Virus record (IMG/VR): IMGVR_UViG_3300027631_000027
Span: 1-53,788 of that record
Strand: one strand, 5' to 3'
DNA from: a virus
Taxonomy: Duplodnaviria > Caudoviricetes
DNA length: 53,788 bases
The notes under the pieces are model-generated. The model did not search any database. It saw nothing but the letters and a program-made list of their open reading frames with translations, and was not told the DNA's origin. The translations under genes and the position numbers were made by a program. Below, piece after piece: positions 1 to 9,842 of the stretch. The stretch's first letter is position 1. The number at the start of each line of letters is the position of its first letter.

Positions 1-542
1 CCACTAGATCCATTTCCACCAGGATTTCCGAAGTTACCAGCGTACTGGCCAGCGGCACCACCAGTGGTAATCGGAGTTGTTGAAGGTGCATATCCTGCTG
101 CACCATTTCCAGCATATCCCGTGGATTCTCCTCCAAATGAACTAGTACCAATACTAGTACCGCCACCGCCAGCACGGGCACGTAATAGTACTGTGCCTCC
201 ACGGGATATAGATGATTGTTGTCCAGCCAAAATAACAGCAGAGGAGTTGGTTCCTGCACTTCCCGAACCAACTACAACAGTTAACGATTCACCTGGCGTT
301 ACTACAAGGGATCGTAGATAGGACAAACTTCCAGCAAATCCACCTAAGTTACCATATGCGTAATTACCATTACCTTGCCCGGCACCAACTGCTACAGCCG
401 ACACCGTAGTTACTCCGGCGGGTACTATGAATGTATATGTACCAACTGTAGTATATGCAATCTGAGATTCCCCAGCACTACCAATTCCCCGTGCAAATGC
501 TCGTATGCTTCCAGCACTAAATGTTCCTAATAATGGTGTCAT
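1..542 (-). CDS. glycine-rich virion/tail-fibre accessory protein (3' end outside window)
   Basis: Not in ORF track; manual translation from ATG at 542: MTPLLGTFSAGSIRAFARG...YTTVGTYTFIVPAGVTTVSAVAVGAG...VTPGESLTVVVGSG, a typical phage Gly-rich domain; open to window edge. Confidence 0.8.
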   Translation of the reverse strand, partial: MTPLLGTFSAGSIRAFARGIGSAGESQIAYTTVGTYTFIVPAGVTTVSAVAVGAGQGNGNYAYGNLGGFAGSLSYLRSLVVTPGESLTVVVGSGSAGTNSSAVILAGQQSSISRGGTVLLRARAGGGGTSIGTSSFGGESTGYAGNGAAGYAPSTTPITTGGAAGQYAGNFGNPGGNGSS

Positions 543-543
543 A

Positions 544-2598
544 TTATGTATACTTAGTAATTGAACCCAACAACACATACGTAGGAGTTGCTGATGTTTT
601 TATTATAGTAAATGTATGTGCATCTAAACTATTTGAGTTTGCCGAGCCAGATGTTCCGCCCTGCCAACGAGGAGTTATTGACGTTCCATCAATTTGATAT
701 GCCGATGCCGAATAGGCAGTGGTCGTATTTAATACCATTAGTGTCGTTGTTAAACTTTGCCCCGTAGACATTACACTGTTTAACGTTGTGCTTGCGTTGC
801 CACGGAAGTTTAACGTCCAATTTGTCGTGGAACTTGCACTATGAAATAATATTGCTTGATCTAATACATTATAGTTTAGTGTTGCTGGGGCGGCGGATGC
901 GGTGACTGATACTTTTTCAAATATTGATTGTACTGCCAGTGTTCCCGATACTATTTGCATAGAACCAGTATGTACAATTGAACCACTAGAAAAAATATTA
1001 TTTGCAAATACTTTATCCCACGGATTTATTAATGCACCTAAATTATATGCTGCAAAGATTGGAATAAACGCTCCCGCTCCAAACTGATATGTTGGTGTAT
1101 TATTTATAGTCATATTGACTACGTGATTTGTTTCTGCCCCAAACTCTACCGCAGTTGTAGTTGGATTTGCTCTTAGTAATGCGGTAACTGACCCCGATAC
1201 GTGTCTATATCCAATTGTACCATTTGTTAAGAATCCAAGTGAACTTGTATATGAACTTGCCGAAACGTTTCCTGCAACATAAATATTTCGTGGTCTACGT
1301 GTTGTGGGTCTTCCTATGTCATATGAATTGTCTGTAATATATTCTAAATTATTATATAATCCTAGAACTCCAGAAGTATCCAAGAACATTTTATTCGAAA
1401 GAGTTATTGCTGAACCAGAAGCTCCAAAGCCGCCGTGATACCAAATCCATCCCGTGGACGCTATTTGTGAGAACACCGCAGAGCTTGCAGCCTTGGCCCG
1501 AACGCCCGCAGATCCATCGTAAACTACATTTGATGTTATGTCAACGGAGCTACCAGCAAATAATAAGGCGTCACTTCCTCTTTCAAAATCAATGCCTGCA
1601 TAACTGGCAGGGAACCAATTAGCCAAAATTTTACTTCCATAACTTCCATATGTTAATGAAAGAAATCCGTCTTTCAGCATTGTAGTAATACCGTTTGCAC
1701 TACTACTTTCCACTAAAATAGAAGAGGACACATATACATTTCTAGGACGATTTGTTTTATCTGCACCGATATCATGTGCGCCAGCCGGAGCAAATAATAA
1801 ATTACCACGTAATGTAGATATTCCATTAACATCTAATGTGGTAGAGGGAGTTGTTGTTCCAATACCAACATTTCCACCAAATGCTTGAATGGCAAGATTT
1901 TTCCATGCGGTAGCTCTATGAATACTGTGTACAAATCCGTAGTCTCCCGTATTATCATATCCAATGCCCACAAATTTATCAACATTTGATGGATTTGCTA
2001 CTGCAAGACGAGGAGTGACACCACCATCAGTGCCAGGTGTAAGATTTCCAATACCAATATTTCCCGCAGTTTGATATATTGCACTGGAACTTTGTGCAGT
2101 TGCGCTGATCCACAATGGAATGTAGTTTGCGGTACCACCTGTCAAATTACTTGCTGTTGCGGCCCAACTCGCGGTACCAATCAATGTTCCTGTCAATGAA
2201 CCAGAGAATGATCCCGTATTAATTTGTGTAGAACTGGAGACGGTTCCCGCAGGTAATAACACGGTAACTTGTGCAGAACTGCTAACAATACCTACGGGTA
2301 TATTGGATAGTCCGGCGTAGGATACTTGTCCCGAACTAGATACAATACCCGATGGAATGTTGGAGAGTCCTGCATACGATATTTGTCCTGAACTTGATAC
2401 CGTTCCCACAGGTAAGAATGCCGTAACTTGTGCAGAACTAGATACAATGTTTGTGGGTATATTAGAAAGACCTGTGTAGGATACTTGGCCAGAACTACTG
2501 ACTGTTCCAGCCGGTAGTATAGTTGGTGCAAAGGAAGCAGAGGTTGCCAACGTAATCAGACTTTGATTACCTGTGTGTAATTGAATAGTTCTACTCAT
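544..2598 (-). CDS. tail fibre-like protein
   Basis: SSSxQ..YAGLSNIP repeats, GNVGIGTTTP motifs, YDIG..RPRNIY modules, C-terminal WTLNFRG...WQGG...TFTIIKT domain. Confidence 0.75.
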   Translation of the reverse strand: MSRTIQLHTGNQSLITLATSASFAPTILPAGTVSSSGQVSYTGLSNIPTNIVSSSAQVTAFLPVGTVSSSGQISYAGLSNIPSGIVSSSGQVSYAGLSNIPVGIVSSSAQVTVLLPAGTVSSSTQINTGSFSGSLTGTLIGTASWAATASNLTGGTANYIPLWISATAQSSSAIYQTAGNIGIGNLTPGTDGGVTPRLAVANPSNVDKFVGIGYDNTGDYGFVHSIHRATAWKNLAIQAFGGNVGIGTTTPSTTLDVNGISTLRGNLLFAPAGAHDIGADKTNRPRNVYVSSSILVESSSANGITTMLKDGFLSLTYGSYGSKILANWFPASYAGIDFERGSDALLFAGSSVDITSNVVYDGSAGVRAKAASSAVFSQIASTGWIWYHGGFGASGSAITLSNKMFLDTSGVLGLYNNLEYITDNSYDIGRPTTRRPRNIYVAGNVSASSYTSSLGFLTNGTIGYRHVSGSVTALLRANPTTTAVEFGAETNHVVNMTINNTPTYQFGAGAFIPIFAAYNLGALINPWDKVFANNIFSSGSIVHTGSMQIVSGTLAVQSIFEKVSVTASAAPATLNYNVLDQAILFHSASSTTNWTLNFRGNASTTLNSVMSTGQSLTTTLMVLNTTTAYSASAYQIDGTSITPRWQGGTSGSANSNSLDAHTFTIIKTSATPTYVLLGSITKYT

Positions 2599-2599
2599 A

Positions 2600-5500
2600 T
2601 TATAATTTTCTCAAGAGTCGCACCGACCGGTACTCTACTGTTCCCGGTGGTGTTGAATTTTCACTAAATCTAATTCGCATTTGCCACGAACCACTGGCAA
2701 TTGGAACGGTGACCCGTTCGGTTGCTGATAATGCGTTGGTTGTATTTACAAACGATACATTTACGTTTGAACCTGCCCCATCGTAACTTCCCGACCCGAT
2801 TGATCTAAATAATTCGTTATATTGAACGGTAACTACATTTTGTATACCGTCGTATCCGTCGTTAATATAAATATTACCATGAATAATGTTGCGATAATTA
2901 CTACTTCCTGCGGTGTTTGGGTTATATTGCGTAAGTAATTCATATACCGCAGGACCAGTGGGAACTAATGAAGTTACAGTAACTCCCGTGTCATAAAAAT
3001 AATCACCGATTCCAATGGAACTTGATGTTTGTGTTAAGATGTTGCCAAGTACACCTGTTGCTTGAATTGACCCAGTAAATGACCCAGTAAATGAACCCGA
3101 ATATGCTCCCAATCCCGTGATACTTCCGCCCGAAATAACTTCTACCGTATCTGCTAATATTGCCCGACTTGCACTAACTGCATACGATGCCGAGACGACA
3201 AAGGATGATGAAATTGCCACTGACGATGATTGTGCCCAACTGCTGGTACCAAACGTAGACCCGCTGTGCGTTCCGATGAACGAACCAGTAAACGAGCCTG
3301 TGTTAACGGCAAACGTAATTGACGTTGCTGCAGAAGAAGTTGTGGCAAATGAGGATGAAAGTGCGTAGGAAGCAGAAGTAACAATACCACCAACTGCTCC
3401 CGCTGCTACATATGACGCAGTTATTGCAAATGATGCAGTTGACGGAGTAAACGTAATGGACGTTGCTGCAGAAGCCGTTAATGCGTAGGATGAACTCAAC
3501 GACGAAGAAGCGTAAGACGCCGACGTTGCTGCAGAAGCCGTTAATGCGTAGGATGAACTCAACGACGAAGAAGCGTAAGACGCCGACGTTGCAAACGATG
3601 ACGTTAGTGCGTAGGACGCAGTGGGTGGAGTAAACGTAATGGACGTTGCTGCGGAAGCCGTTAGTGCGTAAGATGAACTCAACGACGAAGAAGCGTAGGA
3701 CGCCGACGTAGCAAAGAATGAACGTGAAGCGTAAGACGCAGACGTAGCAAACGATGACGTTAGTGCGTAAGACGCCGTGGGTGGAGTAAACGTAATGGAC
3801 GTTGCTGCGGAAGCCGTTAATGCGTAAGATGCCGATAACACGGTTCCTGCTACGTAAGACGCAGAAGTTGCAAAGAATGATTGAGAAGCGTAGGACGAAC
3901 TTAACGACGAAGAAGCGTAAGACGCAGATGTTGCAAAAAATGATTGTGATGCATAGGATGAACTAACTGCGTTTATTGCATTTGAAGAACTTAGTGCATA
4001 AGACGAACTTAGCGACGAAGAAGCGTAAGACGCTGAGGTTGCAAATGATGCAGTACCATATAAAGATCCGGTGAATGATCCAGAGAATGATCCTGTACTT
4101 AACGATGATGGTAATATTACATTAATAGATGCCGTTGCAAATGAAACTGTTGCCGTTAGATAATTACCAAATTCTATTCTACCTGCGTTTCCTAGGAAAG
4201 TTCCTTCGTCAGTAATATCTACTCCTGCTCCTACTGCACTTAAATTAGTTAATGCCGACCCATCGCCAGTAAATTTTCCGGTAAATGAACCAGAAAATGA
4301 TCCCGTATTAGAAATTGGTGCATATGATGCACTTGTTGCATAACTTGCCGTTGTTGTGAATGATGATGAAATTGAAATAAATGACTGTGACGCATAGGAC
4401 GAACTTAATGCAATTACTCCATAAGAAGAACTTATTGCGTAGGATGAACTCAATGAAGAAGAAGCGTAAGACGCCGACGTTGCAAACGATGACGTTAGTG
4501 CGTAGGACGCAGTTGACGGAGTAAACGTGATGGACGTTGCGGCGGAGGCCGTTAATGCGTAAGACGCCGAAAGTACGTTTCCTACTACGTAAGACGCAGT
4601 AGTAGAAAACGATGACGTTAATGCGTAAGACGCTGTAGGTGGAGTAAACGTAATGGACGTTGCTGCGGAGGCCGTTAATGCGTAAGACGAACTTAACGAC
4701 GAAGAAGCATAAGATGCAGAGGTTGCAAAGAACGATTGTGACGCATAAGATGCTGAAGTTGCAATAGATGCCGTTAGTGCGTAGGATGCTGACAAAATAT
4801 TTCCTGCTACATAGGACGCCGTTGTGGCTATAGATGAGGTTAATGCGTAAGATGCGGTTGGTGGAGTAAACGTAATTGACGTTGCAGCGGAAGCCGTAGT
4901 TGCAAATGACGCAGATGTAACGTTATTGGCCCAACTTGCCGTGGTAGCAAAGGACGAACTTGCAATTGGATTGGAAGAACTAATGTTGGTAGTCCATATG
5001 GTCTTAACACGTTGGCCGGTCAACCCAATATCCATTGTATTACCAAAATTTGGTAATAAACGTTGGCTCGTGTCAATATACCATGCAGTAGTTCCGTTTG
5101 TCATGAAGGAGATTATACCACCGCCAGTATCAGTTCCTAGTCTAAAATCTCCCGTGGAATATCGTAAAAATGCAGTATTACCGACAAAATTTAATTGTGG
5201 GTTGTGATTAATAGTTAGAGTATTAAATAAAGTAGTAGAACCCGAAACTGAGAGTGAACCTGTATTACTCAGACTTCCCGATATAATTGCACTGCCCGTA
5301 AATGGGAATACTGATGCGTTAGTTACATAACTTGACGTAAGTGCATACGAGGCCGAAGTGGCAATTGATGAACTTATCGATACACTTGCGGTTCCAAAAA
5401 TAGATCCAGTAAATGATCCAGTAAATGAACCCGAATATGCTCCCAATCCAGTTATACTTCCACCGGCAACAATTTCTACTGCGTCTGCTACTATTGCATG

Positions 5501-5710
5501 ACTTGCACTTAGTGCATATGAAGCAGAAAGAACATTTCCTGCTACATAGGATGCTGTGGTAGCATATGACGCACTGGTAGTTGAAAATATTAACGAACTA
5601 GTAGATACTGTATTCCACAGTCCCCTAGTTTGGTCATAGATTGGAATGTGATTATTTTGTGGGTCACCTATTTTAATATCTAATGGTAGCCGCGTGGTAT
5701 ATTTTCCCAT
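2600..5710 (-). CDS. Ser/Ala/Thr-rich repeat tail fibre-like protein
   Basis: Many TASYA/SSSYA/SASFA repeats and GSFTGSFTG motifs; inside fibre cluster. Confidence 0.7.
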   Translation of the reverse strand: MGKYTTRLPLDIKIGDPQNNHIPIYDQTRGLWNTVSTSSLIFSTTSASYATTASYVAGNVLSASYALSASHAIVADAVEIVAGGSITGLGAYSGSFTGSFTGSIFGTASVSISSSIATSASYALTSSYVTNASVFPFTGSAIISGSLSNTGSLSVSGSTTLFNTLTINHNPQLNFVGNTAFLRYSTGDFRLGTDTGGGIISFMTNGTTAWYIDTSQRLLPNFGNTMDIGLTGQRVKTIWTTNISSSNPIASSSFATTASWANNVTSASFATTASAATSITFTPPTASYALTSSIATTASYVAGNILSASYALTASIATSASYASQSFFATSASYASSSLSSSYALTASAATSITFTPPTASYALTSSFSTTASYVVGNVLSASYALTASAATSITFTPSTASYALTSSFATSASYASSSLSSSYAISSSYGVIALSSSYASQSFISISSSFTTTASYATSASYAPISNTGSFSGSFTGKFTGDGSALTNLSAVGAGVDITDEGTFLGNAGRIEFGNYLTATVSFATASINVILPSSLSTGSFSGSFTGSLYGTASFATSASYASSSLSSSYALSSSNAINAVSSSYASQSFFATSASYASSSLSSSYASQSFFATSASYVAGTVLSASYALTASAATSITFTPPTASYALTSSFATSASYASRSFFATSASYASSSLSSSYALTASAATSITFTPPTASYALTSSFATSASYASSSLSSSYALTASAATSASYASSSLSSSYALTASAATSITFTPSTASFAITASYVAAGAVGGIVTSASYALSSSFATTSSAATSITFAVNTGSFTGSFIGTHSGSTFGTSSWAQSSSVAISSSFVVSASYAVSASRAILADTVEVISGGSITGLGAYSGSFTGSFTGSIQATGVLGNILTQTSSSIGIGDYFYDTGVTVTSLVPTGPAVYELLTQYNPNTAGSSNYRNIIHGNIYINDGYDGIQNVVTVQYNELFRSIGSGSYDGAGSNVNVSFVNTTNALSATERVTVPIASGSWQMRIRFSENSTPPGTVEYRSVRLLRKL
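3420..4920 (-). repeat. degenerate coding repeat array (ASYALTASAATSITFTP / ASYASSSLSSSY units) with an exact 63-bp tandem duplication at 3459-3584
   Basis: Read directly from DNA and protein; array boundaries approximate. Confidence 0.85.
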
Positions 5711-5718
5711 ATTATATA

Positions 5719-6057
5719 TTAGGTATTTGCGTTTTCAAGAATGGACAGTGCTGCCTGTATTGCTCCTGAATTGGACGCGCTCACCACTAGACTATTACTA
5801 GTTTCTAACACCACTCGACCACTAAATGGATTCAGAGTTTCTTTTGTTGGAACCAATGCTTCCACTAAAATTGATGCCGTAACTGACCCACTAACCAATC
5901 GAACACTTACTCGTTGGTCCGTTGTAGAATAATTGGCAAGATGTAACGATAAAATAATTGTCGATACATTTACCGGAGTTGTATAAATAATATTTTCTCC
6001 ACCATTTAAATCTTTTGGTACGAGTTTAAATGTATTAATTGGTATTTTTGTTGCCAT
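5719..6057 (-). CDS. small virion structural protein
   Basis: 112 aa beta-rich ORF tightly packed between fibre genes. Confidence 0.55.
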   Translation of the reverse strand: MATKIPINTFKLVPKDLNGGENIIYTTPVNVSTIILSLHLANYSTTDQRVSVRLVSGSVTASILVEALVPTKETLNPFSGRVVLETSNSLVVSASNSGAIQAALSILENANT

Positions 6058-6070
6058 GAATATTTCCTAT

Positions 6071-9000
6071 TTAAATGGATTCTAATGCCAATTGCAATGG
6101 AGTAACTTGTGCAGCAATTGATTTACTAAAAGTTCTTCCATCAATCGTTCCGGTGTCTTGTCGAATGATAAAGTCGTTTCCTGCGTAAAAATCTCCAGTT
6201 TCATCACCTGACGTATGATATACTCGTCCGCCGTCTTCTTCGTATACTCGCAGTTCAATATTTGTTACGCCAACACCGGATTGGTTTGCGGGAAGTGCCA
6301 AGAAGTTTACACCAGAACCTGCATAGGAAAAGTCATGTGACGTAGAGGTAACTAATGATCCAAACTCTTGTAACAAGGTGGGTTCTACGTTTATAACAAC
6401 ACTTTGAAGTGTTTTTATTCCCACATCTAATGATTGACTTAGTTTTAACTTAGCGGATGCATTTAATCCCCCAATTGTATATATATAGTCCCGTATATAC
6501 TTATATGACGCAGTAAAGTCATGTGTCATCTTAAGTCCGTCGTTTACACGAAATGCGGCAATAGCACCTTTGTCAAATCCGCTGGCACTGTTGATTGTGT
6601 AAATACTCCCCACGCTTATATCTTGTCCCTGAAATAATCCTTGGACGAAATTTGATGTTCGTGAGGCCGATACTACCAATAAATCTGCGGCAATTGCATC
6701 AATTAATAATCCAGAATCTTTAATAGTTGAAGCAGATACGGCAGTATTTGTGGAATATGACGATGAATAATTCCCACTCACTATCAGATTATTCATCATA
6801 TATGTCTGTATATTTGACTTTTGTGCTACTACCGTTGCATAATCTACTGAACTGGTGTAATTACTTACTGTTGAAATATCGGGAATAACTAGTATTCTCT
6901 TTCCTTTAGATCGTAATCCATAATCACCAAACGTGGTGTTTGAATTCAACAATGACGCATGTCCACCGTCAATTGCAAATATACCTACACGAGAAAAATT
7001 GGTAAAGAAGGATACTTGTTGTGCATATCCACGCCCACGAACACATAATCCAATCCCATTAAATGCTACCTGCGTATAGGCATCCACAATCATAGATTTC
7101 AATGGACTATATCCATCTAGTACAGAGTCATCCACAATCATACCACCCGGCCCGTTTCCGACTAAAATATTTCCGTCATTTGGTGTTAATGGCGTGTAGA
7201 ATTTATCCTGTGGGGCACGGGCAGATGTACAGTTTTGAATGTATGGGGAAGTTGCAATTGACGCACTTGGTGCAAAGGCAAAGAAGAATCCTTTACGGGG
7301 ATCTTCTAAATTATCAATTTCGCAACCTTCCAACCGAAGACCGTATGCATACGTACCGTTATTCATCAAGAATAAATTTTCCCCCTTGGTAGCGTCGGTA
7401 GGGGATACAACGACAGTACGTAAATCGTCACCATAAATAGAAGTATATGGGGGAACCCAAATTGATGCACTTTCGATATAATATCCTGTTTTTACTTTGA
7501 TGGTAATTCGAAGTGGTGGAATGCGTGGATTTGCGGCAATACTTGCACTTGCAGCAACCGCAGCGGCTTTAATGGTTCTGAATGCACTTACCAATGTCTT
7601 TCCATCATTTGCATCTGACCCTTCTTGGGTAACATAATAGGTAGTTTCTAAATATCCGAGTTGACTTGATTGTACTTTTTGTGCAAATGACGCTGTTGTA
7701 GCAAATGACGCCGTTACTAATCCAATTGACGCAGTGGACGATGCTAACGATACCGTAAGATTATCAGTAAAATTTAATATTGCTGCATTACCTAATATTG
7801 TTCCGTGGTCAGAAACAGTTGACCCAGAATTTGCTGAAGTGAGTCCTATCAATCCCGACCCATCTCCAGTAAATATTCCTTTAAAACTCCCGGTAAATGA
7901 CCCCGTGTTTATTCCTGCAGGTAATCCTGAAGGAAGTACATATGACGCTGTTACTGCATATGATGCAGAAGCTGCAATAGTTTGTGGAATGATAGACCCA
8001 GTAAAGTATACTGGTGTGGAAATTGTATACAGTCCCGTAGAGTTATTATTAACGTCTAAATAATCGGCTCTGAAGGTTAAGACGGACGTTTGATAGTTTG
8101 TATTGGGAATAAGTATATCAATTTCATCTGGACTAAAAAATGGTTCTTGTGCAGGTTTTATTGATACGTTTGCAATGTCCCAAAATCCACCATATGCAAC
8201 AAATCGTAATCCAAAATTTCCGGTAGTAATAATTTTTGGAGTAAAATTAAATTCCGTATTTTCAAAATTTTGCCGCTGAAATGTAGCTATTGGTGTCAAC
8301 GTTCCCAGTAATTGTCCACGACTATCAGTTTCTAATAGTTGTGTACCAAACCCACCTTCCCGCACTAAATATATTTCTAATGAATAGTCATCTTGATTTA
8401 ATGTAATCGACGATGACATTTTACTTACTATGGCGTCAAACGTTAATGTATATTCAACCCGTGGAAATATTTGTATTGTATTGGTATTTTTGGTACCAAT
8501 AAAATATGAAATGTTATTAACATAACTATTATTAACTATTTGCGGAGTAGATGAGATTGCATCCATCAATGTAGTGGACGATTGCACAATTGGCAAATAT
8601 GATGACGATAATGATGAAGAAATATAGTACGCAGGCAATATTGGATTACTTGCATTTTTTTGAAGTGACATAGTTTCACTATACCAGTAATCACTAATTT
8701 TTATATCAGCAAACTGTCCCGTTTCTACCATTCTACTACTACTATCAATAGTTAATAATTCAGAAACCGTAGTGTTTACATCACCCAATGCTATAAACTC
8801 CCCAGGTTCAGTAGACGGTTTATATGCAAGTCGTACTTTATGAATCTCACCGGATGTAGTTTTTAAATCAACCAATCGAAGTTTTGCAAACGATACAGAC
8901 GACCCTGTATTAACTGTTAGCAGTTTATTATATTGAATATTAATACTACTACTTACCGTGACTACCCCAAACGGTTGAATGCTAGCAGTATATATTCCAC

Positions 9001-9793
9001 TACTACTTAAAATTGCGTTCGATATTAAATTATTTTTATTAGTATAAATTAAGACACCTTGCGATTCCGCAAGAGTATTATTATAAATTTTGGTAATTGG
9101 TATATTGATACTTGCGGTTTCAGAAATTGTACTATTACTAAAGGCAATCGTTCCTGTGATAAACCCGTCAAGGTAGTCTGAGTTGTATTGTGACGACCCC
9201 TGCGTTTTTAATAAATATCCATTTGGAAATACATTAAAATATTGTTGAGTAAGTTCAACATCCACCGGAACTCTAAGTTGTTGTACGAATACTGACGAAC
9301 TCGGTGCATAATAAAACTTTTCAGTGGCTACTATAGATGGCGTCTTTTCAAACCTAATAGGAGTTTTATTTTCTATTAATGGAGAAATAATAACATCTAC
9401 TATCCAACGCACATTATATTTATTTTTCCACACTGCAGGTATGGGTCTACCGTCCAAATATGTTTCTGCGCATCCCAATAATACTAGTTTTCCGGCCCCA
9501 ATCGGTGTATCGTTATATACTTCAATTTGTATAAGACGGGAACTTCCTTCAACAAATGAACTAACAGGGGCACTGTATACTGTACTACCATCTTTATTTA
9601 ATATTTCTACGAGTATTCTTGAATTAGGTTTTAATACACTCGCACCTGCCACAAGAAACGCGTTACGGCCGCCATAAAAGTTACCATCAAATTGTGATAC
9701 TTTGAAGTAATCTGATCTGGTGGCCTTATCTTCTATAAGGACATCGTATTTATAAAGATTTAACGGTTGTATAGATTTTCTAGTGCGTGCCAT
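6071..9793 (-). CDS. large virion structural protein with C-terminal beta-helix (pectin lyase-like) region
   Basis: YYVTQEGSDANDGKT...AFRTIKAA, IYGDDLRTV, SPYIQNCTS, GGMIVD, FGDYGL motifs as in T4-like cyanophage structural proteins. Confidence 0.65.
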   Translation of the reverse strand: MARTRKSIQPLNLYKYDVLIEDKATRSDYFKVSQFDGNFYGGRNAFLVAGASVLKPNSRILVEILNKDGSTVYSAPVSSFVEGSSRLIQIEVYNDTPIGAGKLVLLGCAETYLDGRPIPAVWKNKYNVRWIVDVIISPLIENKTPIRFEKTPSIVATEKFYYAPSSSVFVQQLRVPVDVELTQQYFNVFPNGYLLKTQGSSQYNSDYLDGFITGTIAFSNSTISETASINIPITKIYNNTLAESQGVLIYTNKNNLISNAILSSSGIYTASIQPFGVVTVSSSINIQYNKLLTVNTGSSVSFAKLRLVDLKTTSGEIHKVRLAYKPSTEPGEFIALGDVNTTVSELLTIDSSSRMVETGQFADIKISDYWYSETMSLQKNASNPILPAYYISSSLSSSYLPIVQSSTTLMDAISSTPQIVNNSYVNNISYFIGTKNTNTIQIFPRVEYTLTFDAIVSKMSSSITLNQDDYSLEIYLVREGGFGTQLLETDSRGQLLGTLTPIATFQRQNFENTEFNFTPKIITTGNFGLRFVAYGGFWDIANVSIKPAQEPFFSPDEIDILIPNTNYQTSVLTFRADYLDVNNNSTGLYTISTPVYFTGSIIPQTIAASASYAVTASYVLPSGLPAGINTGSFTGSFKGIFTGDGSGLIGLTSANSGSTVSDHGTILGNAAILNFTDNLTVSLASSTASIGLVTASFATTASFAQKVQSSQLGYLETTYYVTQEGSDANDGKTLVSAFRTIKAAAVAASASIAANPRIPPLRITIKVKTGYYIESASIWVPPYTSIYGDDLRTVVVSPTDATKGENLFLMNNGTYAYGLRLEGCEIDNLEDPRKGFFFAFAPSASIATSPYIQNCTSARAPQDKFYTPLTPNDGNILVGNGPGGMIVDDSVLDGYSPLKSMIVDAYTQVAFNGIGLCVRGRGYAQQVSFFTNFSRVGIFAIDGGHASLLNSNTTFGDYGLRSKGKRILVIPDISTVSNYTSSVDYATVVAQKSNIQTYMMNNLIVSGNYSSSYSTNTAVSASTIKDSGLLIDAIAADLLVVSASRTSNFVQGLFQGQDISVGSIYTINSASGFDKGAIAAFRVNDGLKMTHDFTASYKYIRDYIYTIGGLNASAKLKLSQSLDVGIKTLQSVVINVEPTLLQEFGSLVTSTSHDFSYAGSGVNFLALPANQSGVGVTNIELRVYEEDGGRVYHTSGDETGDFYAGNDFIIRQDTGTIDGRTFSKSIAAQVTPLQLALESI

Positions 9794-9842
9794 TTACTTC
9801 TCGGTTATATCTACAGGTATGTATAAATAGTTTACCCCGCAC

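Noticed and set aside
3420-4920. Possible CRISPR array or diversity-generating retroelement repeats
   Set aside because: Repeats are in-frame coding units without unique spacers; no cas or reverse transcriptase gene and no adenine-specific TR/VR pair seen
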